Assembly (NCBI RefSeq): GCF_964355755.1
Contig: NC_092680.1
Span: 868,001-932,000 of the forward strand
DNA from: Antedon mediterranea
Lineage: Eukaryota; Animalia; Echinodermata
Reading direction: 5' to 3'
Length of the DNA: 64,000 nt
This document shows positions 52,003 through 64,000 of this stretch, in pieces. Position numbers and translations under genes: made by a program. The stretch's first letter is position 1, and every line of letters begins with the position of its first letter. The notes under the pieces are model-generated. The model was not told the origin of the DNA, searched no databases, and saw nothing but the letters and a program-made list of their open reading frames with translations.

Positions 52003-54268
52003 CTTAAATGTGTCATTTTAACCTGTGTGAAATTTTAGATGATGTTAAATAATGTTTCGTTATACAACCACCGCCGCTAATCTTTGATAACCTATGTCAT
52101 GTGTAACTTGTGTATTACTAGTGTGTTGCTGAAACGTTGAGGCGAATAAATTGATTAATACTTATGAATTATATTGTTGGAAATTGTTATTGTTTCACGA
52201 CATGTTTTGTATTATAAGCACCCCAACCACTACACCCCTCTCTGGAATGTTAATGTTCTTCATATTAATGTATTAGTATATAATTTATATTTTTGCACAG
52301 TTGTGTTACTATTATCATATACCTACACTATGCGGTCTCTACGCAAAAATTATCCACAATAGCTAAACCATTATCAACATTCATTTTTGTTAGAAGGGGG
52401 GGCCTAAAGGAACGAGAAGTAAAAAAAATGGGGGCGACAGACATTAGGATAGCGAAGATTAGTGGAAGCCAAAACATGTTCTAAGTACAGTAGTTCAGAA
52501 TCAGTGAGGGCGCTAGTGGAAAATGTAGTAAACATATCGCAAAAGTTATAAATCATTTTAAAGTTATTTTTAATTTGTTCCGAACATTTTAATTACAAAA
52601 AACCAAAGCAAGTGTATAATGTTAATGGTTATCATGAAATGTTTTTGTGCAAATATGTCAAATCACAGATAAATCTGTTTAATTCGTTCTTTTTAAATTT
52701 ATAGATATATTTATAATACCAATCATTACAATATAAATCCAAAGATACTGCTGCGTCGCTTATCTATCCCCAACGCCCCCTCCCCCAGTCATGTTTTGCG
52801 TCTTTTCGGTGCAGCCAGTTTTTCTTTTTAAAATATAATTATGACGTAACAAAGCAAAATGTTTTAATAAAGATTGAATAATGTATGCTCATAATTGTTA
52901 TTTCTTACTTTTGCATTAAGTGCAATTGTGTATGCTTATAGTTTATGCAAAGTAGCTTTGCGTTCAGTGATTGGTCAGATGTTTTGCTCTACTATGACGT
53001 AACCATGTTACGTAATTTTACTGCTTTAGTACACTGAACAGAAATGTGAGCAAAGTCTTGTCCGACCAGTATCTTACTCAAAACCATGCACATTTTTATT
53101 TATTTATTTTTTTATTTATTCAATTTTCTGTCAAAACAAGCCAAAACAAAATAAAAGGCACGGAAAGACCAAACAGGTGCTAAACACATATGCTAGTTGG
53201 TCAAAACCAGAACAGAGCACAGAAATAAACAAATGATAAACAAAAATGATTACTGTTATGTCACATACAGTACAAAGGACATGTAACATGTTATTCTCTT
53301 CCCCGCCCACTCACTTCAATGGCATGTTTATAATTATCACCTATTTCATTGTTTGACCTATATTATTCATTTGCTTGAATATTTTATATATCGTTAACGG
53401 ATTTCCGTTTGCTTTTTGGCCGATTTCTTGAGACACTTCCGTTTTTTTAGGAATTCAGAGAAAAACTTGTGTTCAGTTAAATATAGTACAAAATACAATA
53501 CAAAAACAAGACTGATATGTATCAACAATAACCCATATACCGGCATTGAAAATACAATTTTCTTAGAACCTACTATAACAAAATGGACATTATCAGATAT
53601 AAAAACTTAAAAGATTATTGAATGCATATCGGTGTATGTATGTAGCAGCTGTACATTAAAGACTACACACTACTGTGATATTCACTTGCCAATCCCAGAT
53701 CACACTTATAATGTACATGATTAGACGGGGATTTCCTGGACACAGGGTAACTGTTCCATTTTTAGATTGATTCAAATCTGTTAAAAAACTCTTTAGGCCT
53801 ATACTGATTATTGTCTGTTATATTATTTTTTTCTATTTATGTAACAACATCTTTATATAGGATTAAACAATCAGGAAAAAGAAAACCTGTTTCGTATTTT
53901 CTTGAATACAAACAAAAATTATTTGTGTGAAAAGAAATCAGATCTGTATTACTCTGGTTCCACTATATTCCTTTTTCTAACGATTATTGCCTCTTCACTC
54001 GAGAAAAGAAAAAGAAAAAAACTTCATACTGAAATAAAATTGATAGAGTAGTTAAAAATAGATTTAGTAGAAAAAAATTATTCATAATATTATGGCGGCT
54101 GCATTGTTACTTTTTTTCTTAACCACGAAACTTCAACACGTTCGTTGCTTCCCTCGAGGACATAGAGAAAGAGAAATGGGTCCTTTTGAAACCAAGTAGG
54201 TCTACTAGATCATTTTCTTTTTGTGTTACACAATGAAAGAAATATTATAAGCACGCTGAGGTGACATT

Positions 54269-54669
54269 AGGGAGCTTTCGACCTGCGACGACCTCTAGGA
54301 CCTAGGACGCCGGACATGTGACCGTCGTCTGGTACTAGAATCCACCACTAAGGCCAATTTACACAGACGAGAGGCACAGTAACGGTAAGCGGAATATCGT
54401 GTAGCTTTTCCCACGTAGAATCTATATCCTGAGCGGAAACCGCCCATCCGCTCCGGGTTGTGTGTAAAATGGTCATAAGGAATAACATAGCTTCGATATT
54501 TTTTATTACCGTTACCACTCGTCTGTGTAAATCGGCCTTAACCGACTTAAGAAATCGAGAAATTTACTACACAGCAGCAGTACATCACAATGTTCCTCAT
54601 ATCATGCGCGCAATGAACTAACATGATGACGTAACTAGTCCATAGGTCCCCAGTAAATTGAAGCTCCCT
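54269..54669. mobile_element. MITE (TIR AGGGAGCTT) with a nested family B MITE at 54351-54538
   Basis: agggagctt...aagctccct outside; aggccaatttacacagacgag...ctcgtctgtgtaaatcggcct inside. Confidence 0.7.
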
Positions 54670-57406
54670 TTATTGGCAAAGAATTATATTATACTATAAA
54701 AGTATAAAGCAAATCGAAAGTGGAAAAGAATGTTACACTATAATTAAAAAATAAGTAAAACTGAGATCAATTATAGCCCTTAGGCCTAAGATAATTTTGA
54801 GTACCGGCAGGCTGTAGGTCCACTGTATAGGGTATTGAATCGTAAACGCCGTGTGGAGGCGACTGGTACGTGTTGACTTCACTCATAGCTATAGGCCTAT
54901 AACGGTTAAACTACCACCCCATTCAGGTAGAGGCCAATCCCACGCATAAAGGTCTATGTTAAAACCTCTTGAATTGGCCATTTAAATATTATTATATATT
55001 TGAAAAGTTATAACTGAATAAAACTAATATGCCTTTAAAATAAGAAAAAAAGCCTTAACTAATTACTGTACCTTTCTGAGATGGAGGCTCAGGATGAGAC
55101 TTAATAGCGAATCAATTGTGTTGTACTTTTAATTCACCCTATTCTTTTCGATGCTCAACATAATTTAATAGTTACTAATACCAAATCACAGATGCTTTGC
55201 TATAAAATTTATAAATTTAGAGCTTCGGCGTGTTAGATGTGTGGCCCTCGGTGCTAGGACGCACCAGGCTACCAAGTGCTCTATTGTGACGTGTGATACC
55301 CACGTACGTAGACACGCGGATGTATGTCAGTATTAGCAGAGAACTCTACGAGAACTTTGTTTTAATGAATTTCGAAGTCAATTACTTTAGTAACATTTAC
55401 ACGAACATTGTATTTTTCCTCAATTTACAAAACTTATTTGTGAAATATATGTAAAAAGTTTATAACATTTATTGAAATAACAAATTTTTGTACACAACAA
55501 AATCATATGTACTTTTATTCCTTGCTTTGTAGCCTGTGCACCGACTTCAATTACTCGCTTATTTTATTGTATATATTTTAAAAATTACATTATTTTAATT
55601 TTGTTAATTGGAGTTCATTATTCAATTATTCGTTTTGAAAATCTGCTTATAAACAAAACAGATTAAATTTCTTTATTATTTAATTTTATTTTATTGACTC
55701 CTCCAACCGAGGTTTAAAATTCCTCAAGAGAGACTATAATATATAATATATTATATCACATTCAATCAATTAAACTTTTTTTGTATTGTTATTTTTTTGA
55801 CAATGAAAATATAGGTCAACACTCAAGTCAAGGAAGAGTGATCATAGATAGGCAGAAAAAGGTGAGATTTTTTTTTCCAAATACACTCTTTCGCCGTATA
55901 TGGCAATATTGTAAAAATCCAAAGAGGCGGGGTGGGGTTGTCCTCCCCTTATATGGGGGAGTTCATATACTTGATTTGTCACCCACTAAGAATGCCAATA
56001 CAAGTGCATTTAAACTCTGTAATTTCTTGGCGTTTTCATTGAAATTTGAGATAACAAAAAAGTCAACTCATTGACTGACATGCTCTTGATTATTGTATTA
56101 AATTCATGATTTACAGTCGACAGAAATATTATTTTATTTTAAAAAAAAGAAGAAAAACTGGCATTTACTATTAGCCTAATGGACTCCATTTTGTTGTACA
56201 AACGTTAATGTTGATTGATTTACAGCCAGTTCTACAACAACCTCTCAGTGGTAACGTTTCGTTCCAATCGTCGTACATATAAAATATAGTTTAATACACT
56301 GTATTGTTTTATAGACACGAATCTGTATATCAAAACATGTTCTTGTTTTTTTCGTAAATCAGTCTAGGTTACTTCTTAGATAATGTATCTTATCTAAAAG
56401 AGAGGGGTTGTGTGTCTGTTGATCTTTTTGTGTATGTGTAGTTATATGTTTACATTTATATATTTAAGTATAAAATCTTCTTACATGGCTTCCCAACATA
56501 CAAGTTTCAATTGGATTTTTGTTTCCAATTGATCGATACTTTCTTGGGTTTTTTTGCCTCTTTCATTTTGTATATAACTGAATCATCTTTTTAAACATTA
56601 TGATTTACTGTATTATATCTCTAAAAAAAAAAATATTTATTTATAAAATATCAGAAATTATAATGTTGTTTTTTTTTTTAACTCAAATATGAATGAAAGA
56701 AATAAATGTTTATTTGAATTGAATTAAGGTACCATATATTATGTGATGAACAAATTAATGTAATCGTACAGTACATTGATTATTCTAGCCTGCTTTAAAA
56801 GGTTCACTCGATCAGAGAAGAGTAACATCACTCTTCACCTCAATTATTCGATAAATAACCATTTTAATTGATCATTATTAAGTTATTAAAAAAAAGATAA
56901 AGAATAATCAATACTAAATTGATATCAGCTTTAAACAAAGTAGAAATTGTTGGCATAACCATATTTATCGATGAGATAAGGTATTTTAAGCAAATGTGTA
57001 AGTCGTAAGTAACTAATATTTAGTGCTATTTTTGAAAAATAGAATTAATGTTGTCATTTTGACTTTAATCTTTGAACTCAGAATACATAAAAATAGACAA
57101 ACACAATGAATTTCAATTTATTCAATCTTTTATTTCAGACCTGAATAAATATTAGAAAATGGAATGTTTCATTCCCTTGGCAACGTATTGACCGTACAAA
57201 ATATTATGTAATACTTAAAAGCTGCCATTTATTTAAAAAGTCATTAACTAAAGCAATAACTTTATAATTTTATACAACATAATTTCTTCCATAAAGTAAT
57301 AAACATATTATTCTACTTAAAAATATTGCGTTATATACATCCCATAATATATACACAAAAAAACAATTACAGAAATAGGAATTATTGCAAATATAAAATG
57401 ATTAAA

Positions 57407-60400
57407 TTAATACAAATGGCGACTGTAAGCAGCAGACATATGTCGGCTGGAGTCAGCATGGAGTTCAGATGAGTAGGTAGATGTGTATGGAGAATCGTAG
57501 GCTGATGAATGACCTCCTAGGCCTAGCGGGCTTATCAAACTATCAAGTCCAGAGTTGCTTAGTCTGTAACGTTGAGCTTTTCGTTCAGCTTCATACCAAG
57601 AAAAATCAATTTGAGAGTTCGATTTGAAGGGATCGTAACTTGCATAGTGACCATGTTCACCTGCTGCTGATCTAAGATGGTTGTTGTGTCGATCTGTGTA
57701 GACGTTTAATTCGTTCTTGTTGATAAGTTTATCAGATTCTTTCTCGCCAAGGTACATTGAAACAAGTAGGTCGATGTAGGTACCATTTTCTTCGTCTCTT
57801 ACAGGATGATGTGGGTTGAGTGGCGTAAGTGATTTGTTGGAATGTGTGCTGCTGGTTGAATGTTGTGGAAGAGTATTGTGGCTACTGGTTCCACAAGATG
57901 TTGTCACTGCCATATCATTTCTTGCACCTGCTATCGTAGCTAACACTGTTTCAGCAGAAGTAGAAGTCGACGTCACTGGATTTGGTGAGTGGCTGACGAC
58001 TGATGAACATGGTGACGATGCTGAACTTGCTGGTGATGGTGAATGATAAACAGGTGATTTTGGTCGGCCAGCTAGACCTTCTTCGCCAAACGCTGCACTG
58101 ATGTCGAAGATATCTGAGAAAGACGGCAGATCAAGGTTGATTGATACTGGTGCAGGCGCTGGTTTATCGGCTGACTGCTCGCTGGAAATCTTTCGTCGTT
58201 TAGGTTCAATTGGTAGAAGTTCAGGAGGGCCACGTTTCTTTGGTGGCATGCACATGTTTGTCATCGTTGTTGAAGGTGCAGAGCATGGAACATTAACTGG
58301 TGAAGATGCCATTGGTAATTCAGCTGCTTGTTGAAATGCTGTTGAAATAATATCAGCTCCAGAAGACAACATGACGTTGGTAGACACAGACACAATAGGA
58401 GTGAGTTCTGGCACGTTGTGTTGAGACACAGTAGATGAGTTAAACGAGTGAAGATTAGCCTCAGTGTTTGGTACTTCCTGTTCTTTTGGTGAAACCAAGA
58501 TTGATCTTAAATCATGATTAGTGTTCAATATGGTATCTGGAATAGTTGTGTTGTGCTTGATAGGAGAATAACCAAATGATGTTCCTGCTCGTGACGTATA
58601 TCCATTTGTTGCTGCTTGAGAAATTGGAATGGTTGCAGATGGGTGTGAATCGAAACCAGTAGCGTCATCACAAAACGGATCATACGAACAACTATCAGCG
58701 GCGTCAACGTAACTATGATGATAGGTTTCTTCAGCAATACTTCCAGTGTTCATAACATGAGGAACTGCGCCGTAGCTTTGAAATCGGTAAGCATCTTGTG
58801 CATGCGTAGGAGCATACCAGCCATCGTTTAGTAGTTGGTGATGTTGGTAGTAGTTGCCGTAGGAATGCATCGAAGACTGGAAAGATTCAGATAAACCATT
58901 TTCATTCTTGACTCTATGGTCCCAGTTAGCTTGGACGTTGTATGCACTTTCATCACTCGGGATCAGAGATGACTTCATTTCGTGGTCATCTGGAACAATT
59001 CCTTGGACTTCCCGGAGCTGTCGGGCTACACGGTCGACACGGCTGAATGATTTGTGTATTTGTACGCCCTACAAAAACAAAATAATGATTGGTAAGTTTT
59101 CTTGTAAAATATGCAATAAAAGAAAAAACAATGGAATAGCATTCTATAACATTTCTTTGAAAGTGCTATTGAAATTACATAAACAATGTTATTGTCTGCA
59201 AAGCCAAATTTCTTCCTGTAGATGACGTGTTTTATCAGTTATTATGCAACAAATGTTTTGTGTTGTTAGCTTTATGGTTGAACAATAGTAGAAATAAAGC
59301 TATTTATAATATGCATTCAATAAGCGATACAATTGCACATTCCTTCCTGGGTAAGATAAATTTATGGAAACGTGTCTGTACATGTTGTTTGGCAAATTAA
59401 TCAAATGTAATATATTTGAATTAAATGTAAATATAAAATCTACTATATAGGGTACGAACTGTGGAATAAAAACGCATTAATTGTTTGAAATAGTAAAATT
59501 AACGTACCACTTTCTTGCATATCTCCTTTGGTCGTTCGTGTCTGTTCCTTCTGTGGTATTCGAGAAGAGCAATTTTAGCCATTGAGGTTGTTTTAACTAC
59601 GTCTGGTCTTGGATGGTCATGTACACCCTTAGCTTGAAACACAATCACAGAGTCTAAATTAGAAAAACAAAGTCGAAGTGATTAGCATATTTATAAAATT
59701 AACGAAAAATAAATGAAGGGTTCCAATAAAAATAAAACAAGAAAAGCAAGATTGAAAGAGGAATTTTATAAAAAAGAATAAATAATGTAGGCTTATAAAT
59801 AGCATTAAGCACTTTAGCAATGCGATATAAAAATGTTAATTTGTTAAAGCTTCTTTTAAATTTTAATTAAACGAAACGAAATATAAATACGCTAAAATTG
59901 TTTTAATCGAATTAAAATGATTAGGCCCCTATTTGGCGAAAGAAAGAAATAGATATTGGTCTAGATAAAACATTAATATTTGTTTTTAAGAATAAAATGT
60001 TTACAGCAAAAATAGCATGTTTCTATCCGAGTCTGTTTTAATATTTTTGCGATAATTAATTTTTATCATTCAATAGTAGAATTAGAAATAGTACATTAGA
60101 TAAAATAAATATAAACTTACCAGTTACTCTCCAAAAATGGGTCACTGGATAGCCTCCTTTTCCGGTACAAGGAACGTGGGTTAGCTTTCCTCCACATCCA
60201 GGTCTAGGACAAGACTTCTCTGATTGTTTTCGCCTTGCACGATCGGATGTAGCTGGCCGCACGGACACCATTTCTCCGGACTGACTTCTACATTGTGCTT
60301 TGCTGCATACAAACACGCCTAAAAGAATACAATTTGTAATATAATATTACTTAATAGAGATATTGTTGTTACATGTAGACGTTTTGCACTTGAACGTACA

Positions 60401-61855
60401 GTCAATGGGCTGCTACAGCTGCCCGAGTGAGGGTAGCACGAGCGCTCTTCAATTAATATCGTTCGCCGGTCGCGTGGCTTAACCCGCCGCAATAATTCAT
60501 GCGGCGCGTGTACCAACTCCGTGCAACAGGTATTTACTCAGTGTTGCACAATAGAAAAAGTGGTTCGACGTCAAAAGTTAAAGGATGGTTACTTACCGAG
60601 ACAAGATTTCTTGAGTACTTTCTTGTTGTGATTATTTGTATTACGCATTGCCCAGCCACTCAGATGTTTTCTAGCGTCGTGGTCTTTAGGATTGTATCGT
60701 AGTGTAACATCGCCTTCAATCCATTCTTCGAACAGATCAAACTGAAAATAGAAAACAAAAAAAAATGTATTGCAGATAACTGTGATATACAACAATAGAC
60801 ATGCAAGGACCCACCATTGTGTATCCATTTATTTTATATTATCATGTACTTTGCTTTCTACAGTACATCAACTTTTTGAACTAAGATTTTTTTTTCAACT
60901 ATTTAAAAGATTACTTATAAATTATTTTGAAGGTACATTTTTTAAGCAATGACATACTTTGTGAAATATTGATTAAGTAATATTTTAACTATAAATTATC
61001 AACTTTTTGAACTAAGATCCTTTTTCAATTTAAAACTATTTAAATCATCATTGATTATAAAATTATTAAAATTAAAAAATGTTATTAAAGTTACATTTTT
61101 TAAGCAGACATACTTCGTGAAATATTTAAGGTAGAAAAGTAAGGAAGGAAAATCAAAGTGAATTCCTATCATTCATTTCATGTGTTTAAGAAGAATACGC
61201 GCATGCGCTTTGAAGCCTCGTTTGTTTTGTTTAATTCTAACAATCAATTGTCTTTTTTGTTAAAAGGTCAAATTTATGGGCGTCCCTTGTATCTATGAAA
61301 GAATAGAGTAACACAAATAGGGCTAGTAGTAATAATCCATACAAACAGTATTAAACTAAATTAATTATTATATGATATGATACTTTAGTAGATATTAGTA
61401 TTTTTACTTTTCGGTTTATATAAATATAATAATAATAAAGTAATATATTTTAACATTAAATTGCAGTAATGTATAAAATACTGCAGTAAAGAATTATAAT
61501 ACCGTACATGGTGAATAACACTGTTAGCGAAGATAATATCTATAACCGAATAACTAACTTAAAAGTACAGTTGTAAAAAGTACTAAAACTTAAAATAGTA
61601 GAAAATTAAATTTTAAGAATTACAATCATCAATTTAGCAAACATGCCTACAGCAAATAAACATAAACCAAAATCTTATACTATTAAAAAAATATATTATA
61701 ATGATGATTACCTTTTCAATTTTCTTCTTTGGTTTTTTAATGTCATCTTTCTGAACTCTTGTTTTAGCCTTTTTTCCAGAGGATGTTGGTACAACTGCTA
61801 CATCATCCATTTCGCTTTTGATTGGTACTGAGAACTCTTTCCACAGACCGTCCAT
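57407..61855 (-). CDS. gcm: Glial cells missing transcription factor (GCM domain), about 764 aa
   Basis: Exons 61855-61712, 60741-60597, 60318-60121, 59653-59508, 59068-57407 splice in frame. FEEWIEG...[28 protein letters not shown]...[12 protein letters not shown]...[14 protein letters not shown]...[13 protein letters not shown] is the GCM DNA-binding domain, followed by a long S/P/Y-rich tail. An alternative in-frame ATG lies at 61891. Confidence 0.96.
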
Positions 61856-61962
61856 TGTATTATATGAACTAAAAGTGGATTGAAACTTCATGGTTAAGTT
61901 GATTTATCAAAAAACAATGATCAAAATTAACCATGTAAGCACTTACTGACCAGTAGAATTAT

Positions 61963-62110
61963 AAATGATATGAGTGGTGTCCGGCCCAACTTTTATACAG
62001 TAACTCCAAGTCGCTGGGACAACTATAACGCGCGCTGATTGGTTAGTTTCTGTCGCGTGCCGGGTTACAATACAAAGATCTTTTATCTGAGCTGGGAGGA
62101 GTGACGTGTG
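61963..62110 (-). promoter_or_regulatory. gcm core promoter: CCAAT box, TATA box, Inr
   Basis: Minus-strand TATAAAA at 61997-61991; Inr-like TCATTT with its A at 61966 (31 nt downstream); CCAAT at 62042-62038; CRE-like TGACGT at about 62102. Confidence 0.7.
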
Positions 62111-62956
62111 GTCGGGGGCTTGCCTGGAGCCTAGCAAGCACACGCACCGATCAGGCTCACATAATCTCCACGTTAAACAATAGTTTATTGGCCCGGGTGG
62201 CTGGTTAATACATTGGATTTTTTTTATACGATCAAATAATGATTAATGTTAAGATCATAGTAAATTATAATATTTGTACTACATTAAAACATTATAATTA
62301 AACATATTTGCGGACACTTTTCTCAATTATGTGTACACGTGGGAGAGGTTTACGTAAATACGATCATAAGTGGCCTGAAGCATAGGGATACGAATGCCTG
62401 AAGTGATTCTATAAATCAGTGTACTATCCCGTAAGGATTAAAAGTCGATTATTAACTTAACGAATTCATTAATGTTTAGCTATAATACACAAACAAAAAA
62501 GCACGTCAGGATTTTTTCTAAAAGACAAAATTACGACTCCATTCCCAAAGACTTGTAATAAGACTTTGTTTATGTAGAACATATTGTGTATATTATGTTT
62601 GTCTTGTGAAACTCTGAGGGTCCCTAATGATCAGAAATTGCTGGATGGATCGCTCTCGTTAAATATGGTTAAAAAAATAAGCATAATATCTTATAGGTGT
62701 GCTTTTATTATACTCTTTTTCATGATAAAAATATTATTTTATTGAATAAATCTATCTGGGCTAGATGAATTGATGAATTATCATTATTAGATATCTTTAG
62801 ATTGAACACTGTATAATATATAATATACTATACTATATAATATACTAGATTTAAACAATATTGAATATATGACGGGCCATGATGATTTCAGTCTGAACCA
62901 TAAATGGAATAATTCCCCCATAGGCCTATATTTAATACATTTATTTAAAGCATAAA

Positions 62957-63038
62957 ATTATATTAACATTATATTAACATTATATTAACATTATATTAAC
63001 ATTATATTAACATTATATTAACATTATATTAACATTAT
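62957..63038. repeat. 11-bp tandem repeat, about 7 copies
   Basis: Unit tattaacatta. Confidence 0.9.
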
Positions 63039-64000
63039 GAAGATTAGTTTACAAACGTGTTTAGAAAACCAATAAGTGATATATTTTTTGTTTCCTCAAT
63101 TTCTGCAGGAGTTTTCTCTGATCGGTACCTATCGATACAACAGAGGGGACCCTCTTGAGTTTAATCGTGTTTTGCTCCGATGACCTTTCTTTCAACTATA
63201 TTATTATCAATATCTACGGGTGAGTAAATGTTGTTTTATTGTTGATACATGGTCAATATAATACTAAATAGACCATATAATTCAAATGTTGTTTAAATGG
63301 TACTTCGAACCAGGGATTCAATCTTCTGTTAGTGTTAGAACCAGTAAAACTTTAATAATTTGATAATTTGAAAAAATCACAATTTTCATTATCCGGTTCT
63401 GCCTGCTTTATTACTAAAGAAATAAAAATGTATATTAGGCCTAATGTATCATGTATCACTCATAAGCCAGAATTGGCTGGTCTGATAAAGATTTTAAAAA
63501 ATGTATCGATTAGCTTGGCAAATGAGGATTTTAGCCTACTATACTCATAAGGTATGTATGGCTCAATACTTCAAGCCTATACATAACGTGTAACAAATGA
63601 ATGGTGGCATAGTGCACAGAAGTAAACTAAATCTTGGTAGTCTACCTCATAAGAAGTGTACAGCCATATTACTATATAATTTGTTTTAAAGAAATGGATT
63701 TATATACACCGGAATCCTCTTTGTATATTGGAGATACTTAGAGTCTAAATTCCAAACAAAGTAAAAATTAAATGAAGTGAGGGTCAAACGTTTATTTTTA
63801 AAGTATAGTTTGACTAGAAAGAAGCTGGGGTTAATGTTCGTATCATCTTTGTTTACGCGTTGTCTAATCATAAACTATAACTTATTATATTTAACATTAA
63901 TAATAATATTTAATATTCGACATTAAGCCTAAATGTTTATATTAAAGGCATGATTGAATCAAATACTAGGATGTTGGGTGTGTACTTGTGCGGGTCGGTT

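Overview
AT-rich animal genomic DNA with spliceosomal introns, probably from a marine invertebrate deuterostome such as an echinoderm (inferred from gene content, not proven). I spliced the genes by hand and found seven protein-coding genes. These are a SMAP-type ArfGAP (- strand, 3' end probably off-window), palmitoyl-protein thioesterase PPT1 (+, head-to-head with SMAP), a Myb/SANT-like (MSANTD-type) DNA-binding protein, an intronless divergent FABP/calycin-like ORF, an orphan single-pass membrane protein, TMEM65, and glial cells missing (gcm, - strand). Introns and intergenic DNA carry many MITEs, a 5'-truncated LINE with both filled and empty target sites, tRNA-derived elements and several minisatellites. 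The most notable signals are: (1) a dispersed set of 25-36 bp CATRG...CYATG palindromes between 7-bp direct repeats, resembling P-element-superfamily excision scars; (2) a 29-bp minisatellite carrying 13 perfect Su(H)/CSL sites near the Notch target gcm; (3) a U12-type intron and a run of symmetric cassette exons in SMAP; (4) a 15-nt microexon and a CLEAR-like motif in PPT1; (5) back-to-back tRNA-like units inside a large inverted repeat pair. All coordinates were read manually and no database searches were run.
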